In this document: piece after piece, positions 1 through 12,953 of the stretch | Layout: each line of letters begins with the position of its first letter | Numbering within the stretch: position 1 is the first letter of the stretch | Source: Leptogorgia sarmentosa | Taxonomy: Eukaryota | Reading direction: 5' to 3' | Assembly: GCA_964658305.1 (NCBI GenBank) | Contig: OZ210885.1 | Location: 12,090,001-12,154,000, forward strand | Length of the DNA: 64,000 nt | Notes under the pieces: generated by a model | What the model was told of the DNA's origin: nothing | The model's database searches: none | Seen by the model: only the letters and a program-made list of their open reading frames with translations | Program-made: the position numbers and the translations under genes

Positions 1-1724
1 ATTTCAGGTTGAAATGAAATGAGTACTGACCTTTTTATGCTTTAAATAGATGTTGAAATTTTTTCAGGAAACAGTGACATAGGTTCAGCTAAAGCAGTGC
101 GATCGTTGCTGTGTAGTCAACTTGAAGTTACAGCTCCCACGTTGTAATCAGCCTTCACGTTGCTTTGAAGACGTTATAATGCTTAACGTTGCGTTGATAA
201 CAACAAAGCCGTTGATACCACAATTTATGCTTGGTTTTTGTTCAGCATAAAAATTTGTTTGTTCGGAAAGCTCGTCGTCGAGTTGGTCACGTTGTTGATC
301 TTAAGGTCCCTAATCCTCTGCTACAAAATTGCTATGACACCATTTTTGAACTTATCCACAATGCAGTTGTCTTTCTATTAGGAATGACAGAAAAGTCTGG
401 TGATAGTTACAGTTTGATAAAATTAAAAAAATCTATATTGGTGCAGTGTAAAATAAACCACTGTATACACGTCATATTTCGCGCAAATAAGTAAGTATTA
501 ATAATATTACGCCATCCAAATCTCATTTCGTTACACGGATAATTACCCGGTTTTTGAGAAAAGTTTCAGTTTTGGAAATTGAATTTTAGCAAATATATTA
601 TGACTATATTTTAAACATATTCGTACATGCCTTTTTAGCTAAACAAGAGTTTTAATCTTGATTATTCATTGAAATGAGAACATAGTTAAAATGCAGTTGA
701 TATGGGTGAGGGAACAAAGGTTTACACTCAAAGTAATTGATAATTCATTAGAAAATTAGCCAATCATGTACGGTAGTCGTCGCCATATGATGATGTTTGA
801 AATTTGGATTAGATACTTGAAGAGACATGTTCATCCAGATTTACGCTGGGATAAAAATTAATTCAGTCGTTTCTTGAACAGGATCAATGTTTACTGGGTA
901 AAAAATAAAAAATCTCACAAATGGCTGTAGGGAATGCTTTTGTCTGTAACATGTTAATAAAAGTATAAAAATCAATTCGGACAGAGTGACATATTATTTC
1001 TTCTAAACAATAAAACATACAATTATTAAGAAATCGTGTGCATAAATGATGTCTACCAATTTTAAAATGTGAAATTTCAGTAATTACAAATACAAGTAGG
1101 ACAACATTTCTGTGCAATCATTGGTATTCACTGTATAGAATATTTCCTGTTTATAGCTTCATGCATGCTTTCCAATTATGCTGTTCTACCACCAACATCA
1201 GCCACTAAATTTTAAACACTAGTAAATATATTATAAGTTTCAGTAAACTGTTCGGCATTGACCGTTACTCTACCACTTTAGTTATCGAGGCAACAGGGAC
1301 CGGTAGCGAGTCTTACCCAAGCGTTCAAGTTGGCTCGATACCTATACCTATGGACTTGCACAACAAAGATGAGGGCATACTTTTATGAAATCCCAAGAAG
1401 TAACGAATGAAAACACACGCGTGTAAAACACGCCACAGTAAATTGCGCAAAATTACAGTTATTTTGTTTTTAGTATTGAAGATCGTTTCGGTGTTTGTCT
1501 ATCGCTTACATTGCTGTTTAAGTTGCTATAGGGACGTAATAGTATAAATGGAAGTTAGCGGTGTAAACACAGTGTAGCTGATGGGTTAGTTAATGTAGTT
1601 ACTTGTCTCAATCATTTATTTTATCGCCGCAATGTTTTGAAAAATACTGCCAATGTAGTAACGATGTGAGCGAAAATTACCTATTACACCCTTTTATGTA
1701 CGTGCTATCGTATTTTATAAACAG

Positions 1725-1943
1725 GTGGAGAAGTTCAACAACTACTGGGACATTCTGAGGAAGTTATGTGTTTGGCTGTGTCACAAAGTGGAACAATACT
1801 AGCGTCAGGGTCGCGGGACGCAAGTACAATCCTTTGGAGAATGGATAATTATGAACAGCTTTTTGTGTTCCAAGGGGAGGGTGCAGTTAATGCCCAGGAT
1901 TTCAGTGCAGATGATCAGCGAGTGTTTATTGGAACAGACGATG
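1725..1943 (+). CDS. WD40-repeat gene, first exon visible in window (upstream exons lie outside the window)
   Basis: ttataaacag| acceptor, G|gtaagc donor, phase 1/1; encodes LLGHSEEVMCLAVSQSGTILASGSRDASTILW (GH...W WD40 pattern). Confidence 0.9.
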
Positions 1944-2539
1944 GTAAGCATCTTAAACACAAATCAAACAAGGATATCAAAATGTTGTTCAGAATAGGTA
2001 AACGAAAATTTGCGTAAACGTTTTCTCGACTTCCGCTCTGCTTAAAAGTTAGTATTAAAATGCGCGAGTTTCGATAAGAGTAGGTTATAGAGTACATATG
2101 GCGCCGGAAGTAATTAGTATGCAAGGAGGGCGAGTGCCTCAGCGCCGGAAGTAATTAGTATGCAATGAGTAATTAGTAACGTAACCGCGGCATGTGTTCC
2201 AGATACGCGTCCGTGTTATAAAAGTAAACTTGTATGCATATAGAAAGGGTAGAATTTTTCGGTAAAAGAGATGTAATGTGCGACTAAAAGTTTAAAAGAT
2301 GGGGGTTAGTTGAATAAATGTCAAATAGTAAAGTAAATATGTATTGCGCCGGGAGGTAATTAGCTTGTAGAAGAATAGAGAGTAATTAGTATTAGTCTAT
2401 TATGGCCGCAACAACCTGGGGAATAATGAATGAGACTTTATGCTTTGGTAACAAGTTTATTAATCGTAAAAATATTGCTCATGTACTTTTACAAGTCATT
2501 TATAGAGAATTCTAGTTCACATGCTACGAAACCTAATAT

Positions 2540-3118
2540 TTAATGGTCTTCATCATCGCTGTCCTCTGTAAAGGTGTAATCTTTTAATAGTTTTTTGATC
2601 AGAAATTTTCTCTTATCAACAGCTGCTTGAATAGCTTCTTCGGGATCAAAATGATCATCGTTCACAAAGGCATCTTTTGTTTGCATTATTTTCTTATTCA
2701 CTGGGTCATTCTTTAGTTGTTTCATCCACGAAAGACGATTCATATAGATACTTTCCAACTCATTTTGGAGCTTAGGCAGGAATTCGGAGTAAGCTTTTTG
2801 TCCAGAGGATTGTTCATCCAAGCCACTATGTATCAAATTCGTCTTCATTTCCTTAAAAGCCGTTTTATACTTTTGCATTGTTTCTTCTACCATTGGCATC
2901 CAAGGATCATTTTCTTCCTCCTCAGTTTCGTCGTCTGTTGTCACCGGACTTTCAGAACCATGAGTTGAAGCAGTCGACAAATCATCTTACGATTCCGTTG
3001 TCTGACTGTCTGTTTCTGACATTTCACTCTCTTGATCCTTTAATGGACAGTACATGTTTTTGTGTTGACGTAGATTCAAACCTCGATTAAATACTTTCCC
3101 GCAGAATTTGCAGCTCAT
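2540..3118 (-). pseudogene. Polinton accessory ORF with N-terminal Zn finger, interrupted by a stop
   Basis: MSCKFCGKVFNRGLNLRQHKNMYC from ATG 3118; in-frame TAA at 2987-2989; continues into DPW...NDPVNKKIMQT...EAIQAAVDKRKFL; paralogous copy at 59970-60283. Confidence 0.65.
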
Positions 3119-3399
3119 TCCGCTAGCAAGAACTGTGTAAAAATGCCTTGTTATTGAGCACTACCGCACTTTTATATGAGCATTTGAGCATGTGCTTAGG
3201 AGCAGTTATGAGTATATGAGCATGTGCTCATGTGGGAATGAGCAATTTCGAGCATCGCTCACAAATGCTCAAAACTGCTAATGAGCACATGCTCATAGGC
3301 TCATAAGGCCCGATGTCCCGATTCATCGTGGTAAAACTTTGACTACACATCGTTTCTTCTCTGCAAGTAATAAAGGCGCTGTCTCATACTCTAAGTACA

Positions 3400-3713
3400 C
3401 TAGTTAATCCCTGAGCTAGAATGTTCTTGTTTGCTGCTCTGGCCTTTTTTTAATTTGGCGGCTTGTAAGTAAATATTCAAATTTCTTTCCATTTCTTCCT
3501 GCCGTTTTATTAGTTTTTCGACACTTTTCTCCATATAAAGTTCCTTTGGTTCTTCATTCTGTCGAGGTACACAAATCCCGATTTTGCTCCACTTTAACCA
3601 TTCTCTGCGTTCTTCCGAATCCATATCATGTACTTGAGCGAGATGATAGCTAGCCTTGCAAGATTCGTACTACCACAGCCAAAAACAGGACAGTTTCTAC
3701 GTGTACGACTCAT
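3400..3713 (-). pseudogene. Polinton small C2H2 Zn-finger ORF, frameshifted
   Basis: MSRTRRNCPVFGCGSTNLARLA, then a 1-nt frameshift near 3647, then HLAQVHDMDSEERREWLKWSK...; joins the two track ORFs 3594-3842 and 3400-3624. Confidence 0.55.
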
Positions 3714-5302
3714 GTTAACTATGCGAGTTCCTAAAAGTATTGGTTCATCGTTTACATGTGACAGATATTTTATTTGGCCCGCTCTGGCCCTATAAAGCCC
3801 TATAAGGCCCACCATGAATCGGGCCTTATGAGCATCGCTCACAAGTGCTCAAAACTGCTCATGAGCGATGCTCAGAAGGCTTTCATTGGGGGGTTTGCGT
3901 CCTGCCAATGGATAGTGCATGCCACCAAGAATCGGGCCATCGGGCCTTATGAGCATCGCTCATGAGCAGTTTTGAGCACTTGTGAGCGATTATTTATTCA
4001 ACTAACCCCCATCTTTTAAACTTTTAGTCGCACATTGCATCTCTTTTACCGAAAAATTCTACCCTTTCTATATGCATACAAGTTTACTTTTATAACACGG
4101 ACGCGTATCTGGAACACATGCCGCGGTTACGTTACTAATTACTCATTGCATACTAATTAATTCCGGCGCTAAGGCACTCGCCCTCCTTGCATACTAATTA
4201 CTTCCGGCGCCATGTCTACCCTATAACCTACTGATAAGAAATAAGATTTTGCTGACGTCTACGGATTTAACGGTTCTGAAGGAACGCCAGCAACGATGCC
4301 ATTGGAGAAAATATTAAATCCTTTTCATATTTTGTTTGTCCAATAACTCCGCAAATGATCATACTTTCGGAAATATGTTACCCCGCCGGTACCAAATTGA
4401 ATATTGGAATACTTTTATTAAATTAAAATAGTTATTTTTTCTTCAAATAAAAATACTTGAAAGTACGTTCACAAAATGTTTGTTTTACGTTGCAAATTCA
4501 GCGGCGTAAATCTCCAGTGTCGGCCCTCGGTTGAACTGTTGTGGATGGCCTCTTAATTATACCTCTTAGCTTCACATTTTTACTATGCTAACTCTACGAA
4601 ATATTCTCCTGAATTCTGCATATGATATGCATTTTAATTCTGCTATTTCTTGTCTAACATATTATAGCTATTTAACATCTCTTCTGCTTCAATTATACCC
4701 AAAAGGCAAAAACGTTCCGTAAAAAGAAGCACACTAAAATAAGTTCCTATAAAGCAGAAACAATGACAACAGTAAAAGTTTGACTGTAGCTAATATACAA
4801 AAATTAACATACTGTCAACATCCAAGCACAATTTAAATGGCAACAAAATTGTTTCAGCTAGCTACTGAATGATATCAAACATTTTGTTAACTTCGAACTT
4901 TTTTGCATCTTCAGTTTCAATAAAAATTATTTGAATTTCACATTAGCCACGGCCCTGAAGAAACCTCTTCCCAGGGCGCCCGGCCAGGTTGGGCCCCTAG
5001 TAGAGTTACCCCACTGTGTACATCGCTATTTACTAAAAAAAATGGCTTTACATTTTAATACAAGAACGTTTATGAAGCGGATTGATGCATATCGTTTCAG
5101 TTCTTGGGTTTCACGTAACGTTCCATATTTGAGTGGGAGTCAACTCTAAATAGCGACGCAGTCATCACAGTGAGTTAAATATTCACTGTATGTATTCAAC
5201 TTGTGCTTCGTAGCGAATATGTGAAATTCAGAAGCATTTCGTCAGATTCGTGCAGCACAATCGTCAATACATTTTAGAAAAATGTATTACTTACGAAAAG
5301 TA

Positions 5303-5911
5303 CTCTTTCTCTCCAACACCATATTAATTTAGGTCGAATTCTCCCTATGACTATAATTGGCTGGGGGGGGGGGCGAAATTCCTGGGACACCTGTCGTGTT
5401 TTTTATGTCGTGTGCGAATAACTGAACCAGAAGTGACTTTATCCAAGACTGAAAAACATACGAATACGCACCCTACGTAATCAAAGGCATGTTTTCCACG
5501 TGTTTCAGACTATTGCGCAACCTGATTTATCCTGTTTTAGTAAATGCCGTGCGCGTGCGGAAATTTTTGACAATTGCAAAAAAGCTGGTAGAAATGTTTT
5601 TATATGTGCAAATAACACGAACATAACACAGGTTTCATGAATATGCTGCTTCAGGGAGAAATAAGAACATGGATTTCAACATATTGGACTCTGTTTTTCT
5701 CAGATAGATGCTAATGCCTTACGTTTCCGACGATCAATCTCTATTTTTTTTGTGTTGTGTTTTAACTAACATGCGACCCACCGTTCGAATGATCATTTTA
5801 TAAGGATTTCAATGGTTTTTTGTCTTTATTTCGTGCGGTATATACTCAATGAAAAAAAAAAGCATTAAAAATTTGTATTTCAACTTTCGGAAACGGGTTG
5901 GAGAGAAAGAG
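5303..5911. repeat. Possible MITE bounded by a 15-bp inverted repeat
   Basis: CTCTTTCTCTCCAAC (5303-5317) / GTTGGAGAGAAAGAG (5897-5911); no clear TSD. Confidence 0.3.
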
Positions 5912-6596
5912 AGCTCGACGTTCTTAATACGCCGTACATTTCAACCATTTTATCTGAATTCGTACCTGTAACCTGTTGTACATAATCGACTACATTTGAA
6001 AACAAAGTATATTTTCATTATTTTGAACGAAGCCCAACTGCCATACATGGCCCTTGCTTCACGGATGCAACTTTCACGATCTGTAACCAAGTTTTACCAA
6101 CAATACCACTGGTATGGATGCCCTGTACAATGCATACAATTTGACAACAATGTGGCTATGGTATAGGGTGGGTTTATAAAATTTACAAACGGCATCGTAT
6201 CGTGTGATTGGACCATGTTCACTAATTCTTTTTGTGTTTGATGCCAGGAACAGCAGTTTTACAACGTAGCTGTAGTAAAATGATTTCCTGGGAAAACCAG
6301 ATACGTCTGTTTGAGTAGCACCTCGCAACCTTCGCCAAAAGTACAAATTGTTCATTCCAAACAATAATTGCAACAGCTGGTTTGAGGATTCCAGCGACTG
6401 CGTATCTTCAAACCAGCGGTTAACTGTAAACGTCGTGTAGAGCGCAGTGAAACGCAGTGTAAAAACATAAGCCAGCAACAGCCAGAGCATGTTCAGCGCC
6501 GGAGAGGGACACAATTAAAAACAAGATTTCACAAAATCGTCTAGGGTTAGACATTATTGAAACATCAGTCTGACGAGTATCCATCATGCGTTGTAG

Positions 6597-6806
6597 GGCT
6601 GAAAGTGTATTGTGTATCTACCGGAGAAAACCTCTCAACAAGTATTCCTGAGAGAGTCGAGGCGCTGTGTACGACCAAAGATGGACAGTTCATTGCTACT
6701 GTTGGATATCGTGACAAGACTATCAAGTTGTGGAAAGCCGATACACTAAATTTTGAGGCCAGTTTGGTAGGCCATACAGATTGGGTGAGATGTGTTGTCG
6801 CAACAG
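6597..6806 (+). CDS. WD40-repeat gene exon
   Basis: ttgtag| ... ACAG|gtatgt, phase 1/1; DGQFIATVGYRDKTIKLWKA...LVGHTDWVRCV. Confidence 0.9.
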
Positions 6807-8472
6807 GTATGTAATACTGTATGTGTTAATATTTCATAACATTTTGAAGATCTTACTTCAATAGAGTCTCTTCAGAATTATATTTGTTATTTCTTTCGGA
6901 TAAAACATATTCTTTACTATAAACTTCGTTAATGGTTCAATAAAGCAATGATTAATCAATTGGAGGGGAATATCATGTTTTGGAATAAATTTTCCCAATT
7001 ATTGCACAAAAATACCTGCTTGCAACAGTATTCTAATATTGTAATTAAAAATTTTGCGTAGAAAGAAAGCAATGTCTTTCCTTAATTGTTAGTATGGTGG
7101 TAGCCAGTGCTTTCATGTACAAGCACTATTTTAGGACTTTCTGATTTCTTTCAAATTTTTAGGCTGGTTGTATTTGTATATGCTAAGAGTATTTTAAAAT
7201 GGCTATTAGATTTATCTATGCTAGCTTTCTAAAAATACTTTGAGACAATTTGCCTGTGTGTGTATATTTCAAATGATTACCCTGTGTCGCAGACCTTAAT
7301 GTATAAATTGTAATACTGTACAAGTAGATTCAGAAGACTTGGCATTTATTTTGCATGAAGTGATGGATGAAAGCCAAACATGAATGTTTTTTATAAAGTA
7401 ATATTGTTTTAGATATACTGTCCATTGCCAAGATATATAACCAGGTGTCGTTTGACTTATCTTGTCCATCTTCACCTCAGATCCTCTAATTCCAACAGAC
7501 AAAAATGATATAGTTTGACCTGTTTTATAATTATTGTGACAAACATTGTGCTGTACTGTTAGAACTTGGTAGGTTAGTTGCTTGAATAAATGTGATAATA
7601 ATTGAATTTAATCAGTCAATTTTCACAGTTACTCAGTGACATGAAAGAGCAGTTAGGCAACAGTTAAAAGCAGTTAAACACAGTTATGTTCCCAAACGTA
7701 AATATGAATACTTGTGGAAACTAATAATGATGTAATGCAGCAATGAAAATTTCCCATTGTTCCAATGTCAGTACTGATACACTCTGGTTTGAGTAATTGC
7801 ACCGACACAGAGTTCTTACGATCTTTCATTAGACTTTTCCGCAACTTTACAGTTCATAGTATGGATATAGGTAGAAATAGCAAGTATAAATTTGGGTACT
7901 CGAATCTTTCCTCAGGAAAAAACGTTTTAGACTTTTCATAAGTTAAACTTCGTTTTGACACTTACAATATCATAGATTTAAGAAATGACTGCAACAAACT
8001 TTTAGAACTTTGCGGTCCAAATTAAACGTTGATTACGACTGCGTATTTCCTATGTATTTTTAATAAACGAGAAGGAAGTTTATTTTGTATAAAATCCAAT
8101 TAAACACGTATTGCGAAATTAACTATTCGAGCAGCTTCAAGAAAGACTTCCGTATTTCCGGATTGTTTACGTTTGCCTGCATTCAGGTGGCCGCTTATCT
8201 GAAGAGGGGACTAAGTAGGTGGTGGGGGCTTAATAAATTTTCACCCAAATTTAGTACAGTAAATATACTAATTCACACAACACATCCAGAATATCAATTA
8301 ACTTCATTACGCATTCATATTTAAAAAATAAAGCAACGAAAGTTTTTTTCTATAAATGTTTTACTTGATTCTCAGCCGAATTGAACCAAAATGTAATCAT
8401 CTCTTCCTTGTGTAATGGCAAACAATTGTGCAAGATGTTCGATATTTCTCAAGTTATCGTGTTCACAGACCA

Positions 8473-8477
8473 ACACA

Positions 8478-8526
<49 letters not shown>

Positions 8527-8560
8527 CAAGATGATTACATAACCTCCTTGCGGAGGTAAT
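8473..8560 (-). repeat. (CA)n microsatellite next to a Helentron/HINE-like end hairpin
   Basis: About 25 CA units at 8473-8523, followed by ATAACCTCCTTGCGGAGGTAAT (ACCTCC/GGAGGT inverted pair). Confidence 0.55.
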
Positions 8561-8908
8561 GAGCTTTAACATAATATGCAAAACTAACTAGAAGAATGAT
8601 GTTACTTTGCACAATTCATTCGTGATTATGACTATTGTACGTGCCAGACGGTTCGGCCATATTTTGAGTATTTCAAGTTTATCCTGACACATTGGAATTT
8701 CTTTTTTGCGTAAATTTCTCTTCAATATCCTAACGGTATTAACAAAATCAACTTTCTGTATATGGACGACTGCAAAATCCATTGCCTGGAGATGCAGAAT
8801 GCATATATGAAAATCTCTCCTGTCAACGATCGAGTTATTGAATATATTTAGAATTTTTCCCTTGTTTTTTTGTGCCAGTTCGACTAAAGTGCGAAGTTTC
8901 TCGTTTAG

Positions 8909-9149
8909 ATTCAGGAAAAAACAATCCAATGCTTGTGTCTGGTTCATACCATGGGACAATAAAAATTTGGGATTTAAAAACGTATCAGGAAATTCGTACC
9001 CTTGACGTTGGATGTCATGTTTCCTGTATTGCTGTGAGCGGTGATAAAAAGTACATTATCTCTGGAGACGATGAAGGAAGTGTGAGGTTGTGGTGTTTCC
9101 ACACTGGAAAGTCTCTTTCCTGTTATGAAGGTCATACCGAGGACATTAG
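8909..9149 (+). CDS. WD40-repeat gene exon
   Basis: gtttag| (an in-frame alternative AG at 8913-8914) ... AG|gtgggt, phase 1/2; LVSGSYHGTIKIWDL...IISGDDEGSVRLW...YEGHTEDI. Confidence 0.9.
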
Positions 9150-10491
9150 GTGGGTTCACTCTAGAAACTATTTAATTTACCGCTATTTTCTCGAAAGCAT
9201 CGTTATATGGCAAGGCAATAACGAAGAGCCAATATATAACATTAAGCTTAAGACGCTCCATATTCTGTCTTATCCATTGTATACATTTAATACAATATTT
9301 CACAGTCAGACTAAGACGTACTGCTTCCTGAAATCGGTTTTTGATTACTTGAAAAGATAGCGAGCATGAACTCCATGAAATTAATTTTCAGTCATATAAG
9401 AATTTCTATTTATTTCACCATTATACTAATTGGCGGCTCCCGGCTATAGTCGTGCTACATACATTAAGCTTATTTGCAATGGACGACTTGCGCTTTAGAA
9501 AGATTTTAATGAGGGATAAACGAAGGACATTTTGTGACGTTATCAAAATTAGAAAAACTAAATGTTTGGTTGTGAAATGTTGGATAATACAATGCCCATC
9601 AAAAAGAACTCCCGATTGGGCCCTTGAAAATGCATATTGGTGATTACGCTCTAGGCGGGTTTGGGGAGAGACCTATTAAATCTTGTTGAAGTCTAGATTC
9701 CTTCATATATTTCATTTTTACAAAAAGATCGTTACCAGAATTCTGGCAAGTTATTGGAGGGGGTGGGTGCAGTAGCCTGCCCGGCCCACTCGCCCGCTTC
9801 CTGGGTGTTGAATGCGGAAAATGCTAAATACGGAAAATTTAGCCGTGCGAAGTTGCAGATTGGTATCCATTTGTATCACGGGCGCTGAAAATTATAATTA
9901 AATTAGCTACTATATAAAATTCACGGAAATACAAAAAGTATACAAATTTGTCAACTTTAAAGGACTGTATTTGCCGTACTTTGCAACCTTTTGCGATTGA
10001 ATTTTGCAGTATTACTAACTGGTGAAAAATTTTGTTCATCTTGCTTAGACTAAAATTTAGTCCGAAGCGTATGACATCCAATGCAACATAATTTTACCTG
10101 TTGTACATCTATCATTACTCTATCTTGTATTGTTGCTTTCGTTATAATCTGTAGTACTGAACTACACAATATGTCTATAGGGTTCCCATTGTTAACAGTA
10201 ATTTTTATTACTGACGAGACTCCCTGTGTGAATAGAGGTTTTATCTATCTATCTATCTTCTTAATGAAAGAAAGATTTTTGCAAAAAATAAAGAAAGTTA
10301 AAGAGAGATTTTTGCAAAAAATAAAGTGCCCATAGATGTAGTTTCTATTATTTGCACTAAAATTTGGTGAATACGACATATTTCCCTGATCATGTATGAA
10401 TAATTATACAGCATATTTTGATAACATTGGTTTCTTAAACAATCAATAGTCTCATTTATTAGAAATAAACAATCAACTTGTAATATTTCAG

Positions 10492-10587
10492 CGGTGTTGC
10501 AATAATTCCCAATGCAAACAAGGTATTGACAGCGTCAGAGGATGGAAGTATCAGGGTTTGGAACCTGGGAACTGCTGCGTACATGGA
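10492..10587 (+). CDS. WD40-repeat gene exon, 5' half (interrupted by transposon)
   Basis: tttcag| phase 2; SGVAIIPNANKVLTASEDGSIRVWNLGTAAYM; runs straight into a TIR with no donor at the junction. Confidence 0.85.
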
Positions 10588-12611
10588 CAGCCTCGTACCC
10601 AGGCTCTTCGCAGGGACGCAAGGGCGGGCGCGCAAGGGGTCTTGGGGAGGTCGCAAGGTGCGAAGAGCCTGGCAGAAAGTGAATTCAAAATGGCCGACCA
10701 CACATATGCAAATGTTCAAGATGTTTACGAAATCAATGAAGCGTTACGTGAGATCGAAAGACCTATCCACAAAAACGCTTCCGTTGGAAAGATCGTTTGT
10801 TTCAAACGCGAGTGCATTGACCAGAAGGCATTCTTCGAAGAAACTGGAATTGAACATCATTTTCGTGTCAAACATAAGGAACGTCTCACCATGGATTATA
10901 TGAAAGAGTGTGCACGAATGACGAGAGAACTTCATGCGCAAGAAACGGTGGAGTGTTTTGAAAAGCTATTCGAGTACCGTAGAAATAAGGTAGAGTTTCT
11001 ATGATTGTTATCAATAGATAAGGCACAAAATTCAATTTCATGAATCACGATTCATCATTTCATGCCTAATAATATTTATACCATGGTGAGGTTATTAAAG
11101 CAAAACATATCGACATCGAATATGTGATGTAGAATTACATACAGTACGGTATATTGACCCATGGCCATAGATCACCATATTATGTCACTTTAAGTAAACT
11201 TTTTGTTAATGATAAACTTTGAGTTTGTATTAGAAAAATATTTAAAGGTTTTAAATTCTTTTAGGGTGCAAAATACAAAGAAATGAAGGCAACATCTCAA
11301 GCAAGTTCTTTTAAGCAAGTTCTTTTCATGTGCCTCCAAGTTTAACAAAATCAGCAATGCTGATTGTTCAACATAATTATCTGAACCATGTTTGTATGCC
11401 ACAATCCTTTTCAAGTCATCTTCCAATGGTTGTCGTCTTACATGACATTGGTGACTTGATGGGTTATAGCCTGTATCAGAAGAACATATTTTGAACTAAT
11501 TATTATTGGGAAAATTATGTAGCTGAAATAATTTAATAAAACTACAAAGACAATGACTACAGGCATAATAATTACCAGCAATCCATGGTCACATTTTATG
11601 AAATACTAAATGATATTGGCTAGTAATACTTGTTTCCGGGTATGCATATGCAAAGCAATATACTATATAAAAATTTTTATGCATAGAAAATATAAGCAAT
11701 TAGTGCCAGTCATTTAGCATCTCATCAACCGTGACCGTGACATAATGATAACAGACCTGCAAATCGTTTGGGTTTGGATTCAACAGCAGCTTTTGATTCT
11801 GGTGTTAGGCCATGTTTTTCTCCTTGAGCATGTAGATGGTGAGGAGATTGCGGTAGGGTACTACTACCCAACATACTAACACTTTCATTGTCATCATCTA
11901 CAAATTTGTCAAAACAACGAAAAAATTTCAATAAAATTGAATACATTTTACTTTTAGTGTATGTAAGTAATAACAGTCTATAGTTAGCATGCAAATACAT
12001 AATAACTTTGTTTAAATACCGCCAATTGTTAGTTCTTGAAACGAGGTATTGAACTCGTCAGCCATATTTGTATGGAAATAAAACAAAGACTCACTCATTT
12101 AAATTTTTAACACAACCAATAATTCGCATTTAATTCATGTAAGTGACTAGTAATTCACTCGAAAATGTCTTTCAAAAACAGGGCTTTAGAAACTAGCTCG
12201 TAAGATCCAGTCAATACACAGTGACAGTCTAATTATTAAATTATGTTACAAATTAAAACCTCTTGTTGTGATCCTTGATATCAAAACATATATGAATGTT
12301 GTCCTGATCTGTCTACTGTCTAAAATGCCGTTTTACTCAGTTCATGAATTCGATATATATTTACCTTCGGGACTTTCTGGCCGCAGAGAGTCTTCTTTAT
12401 CATCCATTGCATCCCAACTAATCATTACCAAGTATAAATAGCCACGAAAATTCCTTCAAAATCAATACATCTTCCATTTTCCACATTTCGGTCACGATTT
12501 ACCACTTTGACGCCACTTTCTGCCAGGCTCTTCGCTTCCCAATTGCGACCTCCCCAAGACCCCTTGCGCGCCCGCCCTTGCGTCCCTGCGAAGAGCCTGG
12601 GTACGAGGCTG
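10588..12611. mobile_element. Non-autonomous TIR DNA transposon with 9-bp TSD (Academ/AcademH- or Mutator-like), inserted in a coding exon
   Basis: TIR CAGCCTCGTACCCAGGCTCTTCGCAGGGACG..., about 69 bp perfect and about 95 bp total; TSD GTACATGGA at 10579-10587 and 12612-12620; family assignment is from end/TSD style only. Confidence 0.85.
10690..10989 (+). CDS. Putative first exon of a transposon-borne gene (100 aa, function unknown)
   Basis: aaaATGG start just inside the TIR; open 300 nt to AAG|gtagag donor; MADHTYANVQDVYEINEALREIERP... Confidence 0.4.
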
Positions 12612-12620
12612 GTACATGGA

Positions 12621-12757
12621 ACAAAATAGTCTCTCTGATCGTTCAAATGACGTCACAGATATTACAGTCGCTCGTGATGAGTCTAGATGTGTTTGTGCAT
12701 CTGAAGATGGAACTTTCAAAGTTTGCAATCTTCACACACAGTGCTTTTCTGTCACAG
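12621..12757 (+). CDS. WD40-repeat gene exon, 3' half
   Basis: In frame with 10492-10587 once the element plus one TSD is removed: (YM)EQNSLSDRSNDVTDITVARDESRCVCASEDGTFKVCNL; CAG|gtgtag donor, phase 1. Confidence 0.85.
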
Positions 12758-12953
12758 GTGTAGTTCAAATTGTCTATTTGGGCCAGCTTTCTTATAAATA
12801 GGTTGCGGACGATCTCGTTTTAATTTCATTTCAGTAAATTCATTTTCATTTTACCACGGTTAGTAGACCTAGATGGTTAGGCTACCTGGGTCACGTGACA
12901 AATATGTTATTGTTCATTGTTTATAAGTGTCACGTGATGCGAACTGTTCATCA

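Larger units (their letters stand above)
2079..4232. mobile_element. Non-autonomous Polinton/Maverick derivative
   Basis: AGTAGG...CCTACT termini, 241-bp TIRs (2079-2319 / 3992-4232), 6-bp TSD GATAAG (2073-2078, 4233-4238); 6-bp TSD with AG...CT ends is Polinton-typical; no polymerase or integrase retained. Confidence 0.85.

Noticed and set aside
6074..6514. 146-aa minus-strand ORF with hydrophobic N-terminus, possibly a LINE 5' remnant
   Set aside because: Only a vague resemblance to an LLL...NPGP motif; no endonuclease or RT motifs nearby.
10526..10903. ORF fusing WD40 sequence to SLVPRLFAG...
   Set aside because: Read-through from the host exon into the transposon TIR, not an independent gene.
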